Source: Puia sp. | Lineage (GTDB): Bacteria > Bacteroidota > Bacteroidia > Chitinophagales > Chitinophagaceae | Direction of reading: 5' to 3' | Assembly (NCBI GenBank): GCA_035295505.1 | Contig: DATGIX010000104.1 | Coordinates: forward strand, 10,809-74,808 | Length of the DNA stretch: 64,000 bases | Part shown: positions 1 through 8,284 of the stretch, one piece after another | Layout of the letters: every line of letters begins with the position of its first letter | How positions within the stretch are numbered: position 1 is the stretch's first letter | The notes under the pieces: model-generated | The model's input: only the letters and a program-made list of their open reading frames with translations | Database searches by the model: none | What the model was told of the DNA's origin: nothing | Translations under genes and position numbers: made by a program

Positions 1-479
1 GAAAATCCATCGGAATCAGTCTGGATATTGCAAAACATTTTACAACTTACACGATGCTCTGCATGTTGCTCGGTTATATCATTGGTATTTTAGCAATTCC
101 AAAATATTTATCGCAGACAACTGCTTTAAAAATTTCTGCTATCATCGGCGTGATATTTTCTCTCTGTGCTATTTTCACCAGCGGTTACACATCGGTGTTA
201 TTTATTGCATTATTAGGATTGGCAAATGCACTCGTATGGCCGGCACTTTGGCCGCTTGCTATAAACGGTTTAGGAAAGTTCACCAAACAAGGTGCTGCAT
301 TACTAATCGTAGGCATTGCCGGTGGCGCTGTGCTGCCAAAAGTTTGGGCGGCATTAGGTGCTAATGAAGATATCGGCTTGCAAAAAGCGTTTTGGATAAT
401 GGTTCCATGCTATCTCTTCATTTTATATTTCGCGATTGCGGGTCATAAGGTTGGGTTGGCGAAGAAGAGTGAAAAATAG
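1..479 (+). CDS. MFS sugar transporter, FucP/GluP glucose-galactose family (5' end outside window)
   Basis: Frame is open back to the window start; hydrophobic helices with LGLANALVWPALWPLAINGLG and GIAGGAVLP motifs typical of the FucP-family C-terminal half. Confidence 0.8.
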   Translation, partial: KSIGISLDIAKHFTTYTMLCMLLGYIIGILAIPKYLSQTTALKISAIIGVIFSLCAIFTSGYTSVLFIALLGLANALVWPALWPLAINGLGKFTKQGAALLIVGIAGGAVLPKVWAALGANEDIGLQKAFWIMVPCYLFILYFAIAGHKVGLAKKSEK

Positions 480-502
480 TCTTATGCTTCTTGCTCATTA
501 AA

Positions 503-699
503 GTGGGATTCCCGCCTGCGCGGAAATGACGGGGAGAGCACGATTAATCACAAAATGCAAGAATCTTGTAGTTAATGAATAAGCTAATCATCATTCTTAT
601 CTAAGAAAAACTGAGAGTAAAATAAAGAACTATAATCAGAAAGAAGTGAGAAATTTACCACGAAGCTGCACGTCATTCCCGCGCATGCGGGAATCCCAC
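503..699. repeat. Inverted doublet of CGTC-tagged REP/dRS3-like palindromes (503-531 and 671-699)
   Basis: gtgggattcccgcctgcgcggaaatgacg ... cgtcattcccgcgcatgcgggaatcccac; the second copy is an exact ATTCCC-N8-GGGAAT, the first has one mismatch. Confidence 0.9.
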
Positions 700-715
700 C
701 GAACAAATCAACCAC

Positions 716-1006
716 TCACAACTCATCGAATAAATCCTTCCAATCAGGATTCACTTCGATAATCAGTTTTTCTTTCCATTCTCTGTTCCATTTTTTAAGA
801 ATCTTTTCTCTGGCAATTGCATCTTCAATTCTTGAATAACTTTCATAATACACCAATTTGTTGCAATTGTATTTTGCAGTGAATGATTCGGGATAAAACT
901 TTTCTTTGTGCTCCTTTACTCGTGCATATAAATTTGAAGTAACACCGATGTATAATACAGTGTGAAAATCATTCGCCATGATGTATATACAACCGCCGTA
1001 TTGCAT
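716..1006 (-). CDS. Small GIY-YIG nuclease family protein (YhbQ/UPF0213-like)
   Basis: CIYIM...VLYIGVTSNLYARVKEH, FTAKYNCNKLVYYE, AIAREKILKKWNREWKEKLI motifs; 96 aa. Confidence 0.9.
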   Translation of the reverse strand: MQYGGCIYIMANDFHTVLYIGVTSNLYARVKEHKEKFYPESFTAKYNCNKLVYYESYSRIEDAIAREKILKKWNREWKEKLIIEVNPDWKDLFDEL

Positions 1007-1035
1007 GATAAGAATATAGATTGCTCAACAAAAAA

Positions 1036-1186
1036 GTGGGATTCCCGCATGCGCGGGAATGACGACAAACTTCCTGATAAAATTTGACATCATGAATTTT
1101 TGAGCTCGATATAGCAAGTTATTATACACAGTAAATTTTAAATTTACTTAGATAGTAGTACGTCATTCCGGCGTAGGCGGGAATCC
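1036..1186. repeat. Second inverted REP doublet (1036-1064 and 1161-1186)
   Basis: gtgggattcccgcatgcgcgggaatgacg ... cgtcattccggcgtaggcgggaatcc. Confidence 0.9.
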
Positions 1187-1216
1187 AACCGCACAAATTG
1201 ACGAGGCAATGACGAA

Positions 1217-2230
1217 TCACTTCTTTCTCCTCAACCTCACCGTCGAACTTTGTGTGAGGCTGCTGCTCATATAAACTTCATAACGGTTTTTCCCATCTGA
1301 AATAATCATCAGCGCTGTGTTTGGCGGGATCGTGCCGAGGTTCTCAGCGAACATGCTGATTTCATTCATATCTGTGGTGCTGTCTAATGCAACATATAGG
1401 TTAATGGCTTTTGCAGATAAGCCCTGATGTGATAACACTAATTTATTATTCAGGAAAACAGAAATGCTGTCGCCGTCAATATCACCATTATCATAAAAAG
1501 TTACTTTCACAGAATCACTTTCAATCAGCAAATCTTTATTGTAAATATTTTTTCTCTTGGCATAAGCCTCTGTAATTTTTTTAACATCACTCGCTTCTTT
1601 CAACGGAGTGACATCAGTTGTTTTCAATGGTGGACCGTCAATCGAAATTTTTTTATTCTTTTTTATTTCTTCAAAATTGATTTCTTCTTTTTTAGATTCA
1701 TTAGCACTTACCACAAAATCATCCGGCTGTGGTTTCCACACTTGTTTGCCGGCAACTGCATTTGCCAATGTTTCATTGGTGTTTTCGCTGGTATCAATGG
1801 TGTAAGTAACTCTCAAATCAGGGCAAGTGTATTTATATTTTCCATCGTGATAAAAATGCCCGTTGATTTTTTTCTGCACTGCTGAAACAAATAATGTCCC
1901 GATAAAATCTGTGTTGCACTCAATGCTGTTCACTGTTGAATTCGTTCCATAATAAATAACAGGAATGTCTTGTATCGTTATCTCTTTTGTTTTTGCATTG
2001 TATGTTCCGTGAATGAAAAAACTTTGATACACATCTTTGAAATAATAACCGAAGATGCCTTCTATTTCATCGCCTTTTTGTTTGATGATTAATTCAGTGA
2101 GATAATTGCTAAAGTTGCCAGCCATGTCAACATCTGCTTTTCCATACCACGAGCCGGTGACAGTGTTGTTATTCTGCGCATGGAGAATATGGCAGATGAA
2201 AAGAAAAAGAGGTAGCAGCAGTTTTTTCAT
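1217..2230 (-). CDS. Secreted hypothetical protein
   Basis: 337-aa ORF with signal peptide; C-terminal VTFYDNGDIDGDSISVFLN beta-rich domain. Confidence 0.7.
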   Translation of the reverse strand: MKKLLLPLFLFICHILHAQNNNTVTGSWYGKADVDMAGNFSNYLTELIIKQKGDEIEGIFGYYFKDVYQSFFIHGTYNAKTKEITIQDIPVIYYGTNSTVNSIECNTDFIGTLFVSAVQKKINGHFYHDGKYKYTCPDLRVTYTIDTSENTNETLANAVAGKQVWKPQPDDFVVSANESKKEEINFEEIKKNKKISIDGPPLKTTDVTPLKEASDVKKITEAYAKRKNIYNKDLLIESDSVKVTFYDNGDIDGDSISVFLNNKLVLSHQGLSAKAINLYVALDSTTDMNEISMFAENLGTIPPNTALMIISDGKNRYEVYMSSSLTQSSTVRLRRKK

Positions 2231-2249
2231 GATGTTGAGTTAAATACAA

Positions 2250-2516
2250 TTTCACGCAACGAGGCAACGATTGCAACGAAGCAACGGGTACAAAGAAACA
2301 AAGGAATATTTGAAATCTCATTTTTTAAGACACCCGAATAAATAAGAAAATCTTAAAATGCATCTTCACATATTTTCACGCGACGAGCGCAGAGAATGCA
2401 ACGAAGCAACGGGTCATTAAATTCGCTACGTTCTTATAACTATGATTATTCAGTAAGTATAATACATTCAAAAAAAATCTTTGCGCTCGTTGCCTTCGTC
2501 GCCTCGTTGCGTGAAA
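2250..2516. repeat. Cluster of 8-9-nt periodic repeats (GCAACGA units): two forward arms (2250-2288, 2374-2412) and one inverted arm (2481-2516)
   Basis: tttcacgcaacgaggcaacga... versus ...gcctcgttgcgtgaaa; another copy at 15954-15973. Confidence 0.75.
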
Positions 2517-2520
2517 AAAT

Positions 2521-2546
2521 AAAAAAAGCCCGCTTGCGCGAGGCTT
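2521..2546 (-). terminator. Intrinsic terminator of rpsA
   Basis: Minus strand AAGCCTCGC-GCAA-GCGGGCTT followed by a T-run, 25 bp after the stop codon. Confidence 0.8.
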
Positions 2547-2571
2547 CGAGAAAACTGTGTATGTTATTCTC

Positions 2572-4551
2572 TTATTGCTTAGGTTCTTCGCTGCTGTCTG
2601 CTGCTGCTCCGCCTTTCTCACCTTTCTCTTCCTGTTGCAGTTTTTCTTTAATGCCTGCGAGTGCGCCAAGGTCTCCAAGCGTTGGTTTTTCAACTTTCGC
2701 CTGAATGTTCTTAACAGCTTTGCGTGCATTATCTGCTTCAGTTCTTTCCGCTTTTCTCGCAACTTCTTTTTCTTCTGTTTTCGCTTGTTCCCAAATGCGT
2801 GTGTGGGAAAGAACGATGCGTTTTTCGTTGCGGTCAAATTCAATCACCATGAACTGTGCAGTTTCATCAGCGTTCACTTGCTTGCCATCTTCTTTGAAAA
2901 GATGACGGTTAGGAGCAAAACCTTCGAGACCATAAGGCAACTGAACAAGCGCACCTTTATCATCTTTGCGCGTTACAGTTCCTTCGTGGATAGTGCCGAT
3001 AGCAAATGTTTGCTCGAGCGCATTCCAAGGGTCTTCTTCCAGTTGTTTATGTCCTAATTGCAACTTGCGATTGTCTTTATCGATTCCAAGAATTATCACT
3101 TCGATATTCTGTCCGACTTTTGTGTATTCTGAAGGATGATTGAAACGTTTCAGCCAGCTTAAATCACTGATGTGAATCATGCCGCCGATGCCCGGAGCGA
3201 GCTCAACAAACACGCCGTAAGGAGTGATGTTTTTCACAAGTCCTGTATGCTTGCTATCTTTCGGGAATTTAGTTTCAATAGTGCTCCATGGGTCTTCGCT
3301 TAATTGCTTAATAGAAAGACTCATTTTGCGTGAAGCCTTATCAAGCGTCACTACTTTTGCCTGATGCTCATCACCTAATTTGAAGAATTCTTTTGCATTG
3401 ATAGGTGTGTTTGCCCATGTGATTTCGCTCACGTGAACAAGACCTTCAACACCCGGCATCACTTCGAGGAATGCGCCGTAATCTTCAATGTTCACCACTT
3501 TGCCTTTCACGATTGCACCTTCCTTGATTGTTTCAGGAAGCACATCCCAAGGATGCGGCGTCAATTGTTTCAAGCCAAGGCTGATGCGTTTTTTGCCATC
3601 ATCAAAATCAAGCACAACCACCTGCAATTTCTGGTCAAGCTTCAGCACTTCGCTTGGGTGAGAAATTCTTCCCCAGCTAATGTCAGTGATGTATAATAAA
3701 CCGTCGAGACCACCGAGGTCCATGAACGCACCGAAGTCGGTGATGTTCTTGATAGTTCCTTCAAGCACCTGCCCTTTCTCGAGCTTGCTCATAATCTCTG
3801 CACGCTGTGCTTCGATATCGCTTTCAATAAGTGCTTTGTGAGATACTACCGCGTTCTTGATAGTTTCGTTGATTTTTACAACTTTGAACTCCATCGTTTT
3901 ATTAACGAACTGGTCGTAGTCAGTAACAGGCTTCACATCGATTTGTGAACCAGGAAGGAAAGTTTCCATGCCGAACACATCCACGATAAGACCGCCTTTA
4001 GTTTTGCTGGTAACAGTTCCAGTGACCACTTCGCCTGTTTTGTGAACTTCCACAATGCGCTCCCATGCACGTGTGATGCGTGCCTGTTTGCGGCTCAGGT
4101 GAAGGTGACCTTCTCTGTCTTCTTTTTCAACCACCATCACTTCCACTTCATCGCCCACTTTTAAATTTGGTGTGTCGCGGAATTCATTCAGTGAAACAAG
4201 GCCATCGCTTTTGAAACCGATGTTGATGACAACATCTGTTTTAGTGAGCGCCACAATCAATCCCTTCACCATTTCATTGTCGGTGATGGAAACGAAAGTG
4301 TTGTCGTACACGTTGTCGTACTTTTCCTTTTCTTCCTTCGTGTAAGGAGTAACATTGCGCTTGTCGATGCTCCAGTCAAAATCGTCGTGCGCAGTAACGA
4401 TTCTTTCTTCAACCGGAGGAACAGCCACAACCGGAACAACCTGAGGTTCCGCTGCCGCAGCAACAGGTGCATTTGTTGTCGCTGTAACCTCTGCACTTGC
4501 AGTCGGTTCCTGTCCTTCAGCGTTTGAGTTAACAATATTGTTTTCTGACAT
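2572..4551 (-). CDS. rpsA: 30S ribosomal protein S1
   Basis: Six S1 repeats (e.g. [29 protein letters not shown]); N-terminal HDDFDW motif typical of Bacteroidota. Confidence 0.98.
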   Translation of the reverse strand: MSENNIVNSNAEGQEPTASAEVTATTNAPVAAAAEPQVVPVVAVPPVEERIVTAHDDFDWSIDKRNVTPYTKEEKEKYDNVYDNTFVSITDNEMVKGLIVALTKTDVVINIGFKSDGLVSLNEFRDTPNLKVGDEVEVMVVEKEDREGHLHLSRKQARITRAWERIVEVHKTGEVVTGTVTSKTKGGLIVDVFGMETFLPGSQIDVKPVTDYDQFVNKTMEFKVVKINETIKNAVVSHKALIESDIEAQRAEIMSKLEKGQVLEGTIKNITDFGAFMDLGGLDGLLYITDISWGRISHPSEVLKLDQKLQVVVLDFDDGKKRISLGLKQLTPHPWDVLPETIKEGAIVKGKVVNIEDYGAFLEVMPGVEGLVHVSEITWANTPINAKEFFKLGDEHQAKVVTLDKASRKMSLSIKQLSEDPWSTIETKFPKDSKHTGLVKNITPYGVFVELAPGIGGMIHISDLSWLKRFNHPSEYTKVGQNIEVIILGIDKDNRKLQLGHKQLEEDPWNALEQTFAIGTIHEGTVTRKDDKGALVQLPYGLEGFAPNRHLFKEDGKQVNADETAQFMVIEFDRNEKRIVLSHTRIWEQAKTEEKEVARKAERTEADNARKAVKNIQAKVEKPTLGDLGALAGIKEKLQQEEKGEKGGAAADSSEEPKQ

Positions 4552-4582
4552 AGTAAAACCCGTTGATTTTTTAAACGGGCTG

Positions 4583-4590
4583 CAAAGATA
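4583..4590 (-). promoter_or_regulatory. Bacteroidota sigma-A -7 element for rpsA
   Basis: TATCTTTG matches TAnnTTTG, 31 nt before the ATG. Confidence 0.8.
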
Positions 4591-4627
4591 ATAAAATACG
4601 GGGATTTTTAGGCGTTTTTTAGAGATA

Positions 4628-4740
4628 AGTTTCCAGTTTTTAGTCTATAGTTTCCAGTTCTTTGGATGCATCAGCGATTATCATTTCGTGCTGCGATTTC
4701 GAATGGAGAACTCGAAACTGAAAACTATAAACTGGAAACT
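4628..4740. repeat. Heptamer-periodic inverted repeat
   Basis: (AGTTTCC-like)n left arm and (GGAAACT-like)n right arm. Confidence 0.75.
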
Positions 4741-4858
4741 ACTTTGGTTGCCAGCTTTGAGCCTTGATTGAACATCGTTGCGACGCTCCGTTCATCGATT
4801 GTAGTACTATTCGGCTCCTCTTCTATAGCAAGCCACTGGCTAAGGCAAAGAAGTTAAG

Positions 4859-4866
4859 TAAATTTG
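4859..4866 (+). promoter_or_regulatory. Putative -7 element for the HEPN gene
   Basis: TAAATTTG, 33 nt upstream of the ATG at 4900. Confidence 0.55.
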
Positions 4867-4899
4867 AAATTAAAAATAAGGTATCGAACTTACTAACTA

Positions 4900-5931
4900 A
4901 TGAGAAAGTATCAACGAGCAATAGTTTTCACAAAAGTGCCTTTAGGAGGTTATTATCGATATAAAGACATGTTCCAAATCTTTCCGGCTGATTTTAAAGA
5001 CATGCCACAAAATCCATATCAAAAGCATTATCCCAATATTTTAGAATATTGGTTTACAGATGATGAAAAAATAATAAGAGAATCAGAGTATGAAAATTTA
5101 AACGAATTATTTACTTCAACTGCAACTATTGTTACCAAAGAAGACAGGATTATATCTCTTTTAAATTCGTTCACTAACAATATTTTTTTCAAATATAATT
5201 ATGAAGGTATATGGGCTATTCCGGTATTATTTGATGTAAACACAAATGTTATATCGGAAGAAATAAATTCATTAACTCCAAAATGGAGTATTAAAACCTT
5301 CCATTTCCCTACTCTCTCAAATCAGCTACAAATAACAAAATTTACCAACCTCTCCTATAGCGAGATAAAGAAGATTGCTCATCTTGAATTTTATACTCGT
5401 TTTCCTAACCTAGATAATGATAACGAACGTTCAATAGTATTTCCAGAGACTTTCGATTCGATTTTGGACTCTTATTTTTCTATAGAAAAAGAATTGCAAA
5501 CTATTATTGACTCTGCTATTGGATATAACATGGCTGCTATCGAGCTTTGGGGACATAAAAAAACTATAGGGTTATTAGCTTCATTTACAGCAGTTGAAAC
5601 AATGGTGAACTTAGAATACCGACAACAAAAAATAGAAAAATGTGAGAATTGTGGACAGTTGAAATTCAGTGTTGCCAAAAAATTTAGAGAATACTTATTG
5701 AAATATATTGGTAGTTCGAATGAAAATAAAAAGAAATTTAATTCCTATTATAACCTTCGCTCAAAAATTGTACACACTGGAGCAAGATTAAAAGCTGAAA
5801 TTTTATTTTCAGAAGTTTCAAAAAAAGAATTAGAAACCGAATACATAACAAGAGTTGAGATATTACAAATTGGTAAACTTTCAATTGCAAATTGGTTACT
5901 CTTAAATACAAAACAAACTAATTTTTTATAG
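4900..5931 (+). CDS. HEPN-domain protein (Apea-like), putative defence RNase
   Basis: C-terminal LLASFTAVETMV helix, CENC motif and YNLRSKIVH (R-X4-H) motif; AT-rich. Confidence 0.7.
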   Translation: MRKYQRAIVFTKVPLGGYYRYKDMFQIFPADFKDMPQNPYQKHYPNILEYWFTDDEKIIRESEYENLNELFTSTATIVTKEDRIISLLNSFTNNIFFKYNYEGIWAIPVLFDVNTNVISEEINSLTPKWSIKTFHFPTLSNQLQITKFTNLSYSEIKKIAHLEFYTRFPNLDNDNERSIVFPETFDSILDSYFSIEKELQTIIDSAIGYNMAAIELWGHKKTIGLLASFTAVETMVNLEYRQQKIEKCENCGQLKFSVAKKFREYLLKYIGSSNENKKKFNSYYNLRSKIVHTGARLKAEILFSEVSKKELETEYITRVEILQIGKLSIANWLLLNTKQTNFL

Positions 5932-7124
5932 CGAGAACGAAGCCATCTGCTTTCAAATTAATACAACCCAAAAATCGCAAGACCAGATTCCCGCCTACGC
6001 GGGAATGACGGCGAGAGCATGAGAAATTTTAAACTTCAGGAATTTTGAAATTACTTCGAGAGTTGCCGTCATACCTGCGCATGCAGGTATCTGGATTTGC
6101 AGAGAAAGATTTTTGCAAACATTAATCAAAACAAAGCTTTCATCAACCCGCACTCCACAGCGCGTAACGAAGCCATCTGCCATTCAAATTAATATGATGA
6201 AATCGCAAGAGCAGATTCCCGCCTACGCGGGAATGACGGCGAGTGCACACGAAATTTCAAACTGCAAGAATTTTGAAATTACTTAGAGGTCAACAGACCT
6301 GTCAGGTTTTTAAAACCTGACAGGTCTGAGCAGCGATTACTAAATTTATTTTGCACCCCACAGCGAGTAACGAAGCCATCTGCTTTTCAAATTAATACAA
6401 TCCAAAAATCACAAGAACGGATTCCCGCCTACGCGGGAATGACGGCGAGAACGTGCGAAATTTTAAATTGCAAGAACTTTGAAACTACTTAGAGAGTTAC
6501 CGTCATACCTGCGCATGCAGGTATCTGGATTTGCGGAGAAAGATTTTTGCAAACATTAATCAAAACAAAGCTTTCATCAACCCGCACTCCGTGGTGAGTA
6601 ACGAAACCATCTGCTTTTCAAATTAATACAACCCAAAAACCGCAAAAGCAGATTCTCACCTACGCGGGAATGACGGAGAGTGCAAACGAAATTTTAAACT
6701 ACAAGAATTTTGAAATTATTTAGAGCTCAACAGACCTGTCAGGTTTTTAAAACCTGACAGGTCTGAACAGCGATTACTAAATTTATTTTACACCACACAG
6801 CGAGTAACGAAGCCATCTGCTTTCAAATTAATACAATCCAAAATCGCAAGAGCATATTTCTCCGCCGCGGCGGACGGGAATGACGGCGAGTGCGCACGAA
6901 ACTTTAAACTGCATGAACTTTGAAATTACTTAGAGGTCAACAGACCTGTCAGGTTTTAAAAACCTGACAGGTCTGAGCAGCGATTACTAAATTCATTTTG
7001 CACACGGTGAGTAACGAAGCCATCTGCTTTTAAATTAATACAACCCAAAAATCGCAAGAGCAAATTCCTGCATACGCAGGAATGACGGCGAGAGCGTACG
7101 AAATTTTAAACTGCATGAATTTTG
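5931..7124. repeat. Mosaic tandem array: six ~125-bp cores alternating with module A or B (order A,B,A,B,B); BIME/NIME-like
   Basis: Cores start at about 5931, 6160, 6363, 6594, 6800 and 7007; each has gcgagtaacgaagccatct and a gattcccgcctacgcgggaatgacg-type REP. Confidence 0.92.
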
Positions 7125-7136
7125 GTTTTTATATTA

Positions 7137-7151
7137 TACCAATTTTTGGTA
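7137..7151. promoter_or_regulatory. Palindromic operator upstream of parD
   Basis: TACCAA-TTT-TTGGTA, 21 bp before the antitoxin ATG. Confidence 0.55.
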
Positions 7152-7172
7152 CTTTTAATCAAACTTATAGTA

Positions 7173-7415
7173 ATGGCTCGCAACACATCTATTTTATTAG
7201 GCGATTATTTTGAAGACTTCATTTCATCTGAAATTTCATCAGGGCGCTATAGCTCTGCAAGCGAAGTTGTGCGCACAGCGCTCAGGCTTTTACAGCAGGA
7301 AGAAATGAAAAAGAAAAACTTATCAAAAGCATTGCTCCAAGGCGAGAAAAGCGGTTTCGTTAAAAACTTCGATGCAAAAGCCAATCTTAAAAAACTTCGT
7401 GCAAAGCACTCATGA
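7173..7415 (+). CDS. parD: Type II antitoxin, ParD family (ribbon-helix-helix)
   Basis: MARNTSILLGDYFEDFISSEISSGRYSSASEVVRTALRLL; ATG at 7173 is more plausible than 7122. Confidence 0.9.
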   Translation: MARNTSILLGDYFEDFISSEISSGRYSSASEVVRTALRLLQQEEMKKKNLSKALLQGEKSGFVKNFDAKANLKKLRAKHS

Positions 7416-7714
7416 AAGCACTGCCTTATGTAATCAGCAAAAAAGCTATTTCCGACCTGGAAGATATCTGGCTTTACACCGCTGATAAATGGTCAATTGA
7501 ACAAGCAGACAGATATTACAACCTGATTTTCGATGAAATATCTTTTATCTGCAAAAACCCAAAGACAGGAAAAGAAATGGAACACGTACGGAAAAGTTAC
7601 AGAGCAGCCAAAGTGAAATCACACCTTATCTTTTACAAAATTGAAAATAACACCATCATGATTGTAAGAATTTTACATGAACGAATGGATATTGAAAACA
7701 GGCTAAATGATTGA
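7412..7714 (+). CDS. parE: Type II toxin, RelE/ParE family
   Basis: YVISKKAISDLEDIWLYT...WSIEQADRY...SHLIFY...IVRILHERMD; ATGA overlap with the antitoxin. Confidence 0.92.
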   Translation: MKALPYVISKKAISDLEDIWLYTADKWSIEQADRYYNLIFDEISFICKNPKTGKEMEHVRKSYRAAKVKSHLIFYKIENNTIMIVRILHERMDIENRLND

Positions 7715-7785
7715 TTTCATCATTAAAAATGTCGACATGAACCAACTACAATCCAAAACTTTCTAAATCCTCGCTTTATATCCAA

Positions 7786-8253
7786 ATGGAAGAAAAACAA
7801 TTAATCATAAGAAAAGCAACAGAACAAGACGTCCATGTGATTTTAGCATTTGAACAGGAAATCATTAATGCAGAAAGACCATTTGATATCACATTAAAAA
7901 CAGAGCCGACCTATTATCATGACATCCCGAAAATGATAAGCTCGGAAAATATTTATTTTATAGTCGCGGAAATAAATAATGAAATAATCGCATCAGCTTA
8001 TTCCAGAATCATCAGCTCAAGCCATTATCTGAAACATGATGAGCACGCTTATCTCGGCATGATGTATGTAGTCCCCGAACATCGAGGCAAAGGCATCAAC
8101 AAAAAAATGATTGACGAATTGATTGCTTGGTCAAACTCAAGGAATGTGCATGAATTCAGATTACTTGTGTATAATGAAAATTCACCTGCAATAAGCGCTT
8201 ATGAGAAATCGGGGTTTGTTAAGCATGTGGTTGAAATGCGCATGTCATCTTAG
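7786..8253 (+). CDS. GNAT family N-acetyltransferase
   Basis: MYVVPEHRGKGI acetyl-CoA binding motif; AISAYEKSGF. Confidence 0.85.
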   Translation: MEEKQLIIRKATEQDVHVILAFEQEIINAERPFDITLKTEPTYYHDIPKMISSENIYFIVAEINNEIIASAYSRIISSSHYLKHDEHAYLGMMYVVPEHRGKGINKKMIDELIAWSNSRNVHEFRLLVYNENSPAISAYEKSGFVKHVVEMRMSS

Positions 8254-8284
8254 CGATTCAAGTATCTCATTTATTCATCAATAG

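Noticed and set aside
716-1006. Intron-encoded homing endonuclease
   Set aside because: Free-standing between genes, no intron context, and too short for the nuclease-plus-DNA-binding architecture of I-TevI-type enzymes
2376-3057. ORFs 2376-2843, 2396-2704 and 2557-3057
   Set aside because: Shadow or alternate frames over the rpsA 3' end and the intergenic repeats
5995-6183. 62-aa ORF in the array
   Set aside because: Translation of repeat DNA; no independent coding evidence
5931-7124. CRISPR array or guide-RNA array
   Set aside because: Repeats are about 125 bp and the intervening segments recur as two module types instead of being unique spacers; no cas genes in the window
7122-7172. N-terminal extensions in the ORF track (e.g. 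parD 7122, rpsH 30976, rplC 37984, 40861, 49491, 50457, 50702, 56173, 57781)
   Set aside because: Downstream ATGs match family N-termini, signal peptides or promoter positions better
4900-7714. Integron cassette array
   Set aside because: No tyrosine integrase in the window, and the repeats lack recognisable attC RYYYAAC/GTTRRRY ends; most units contain no ORF
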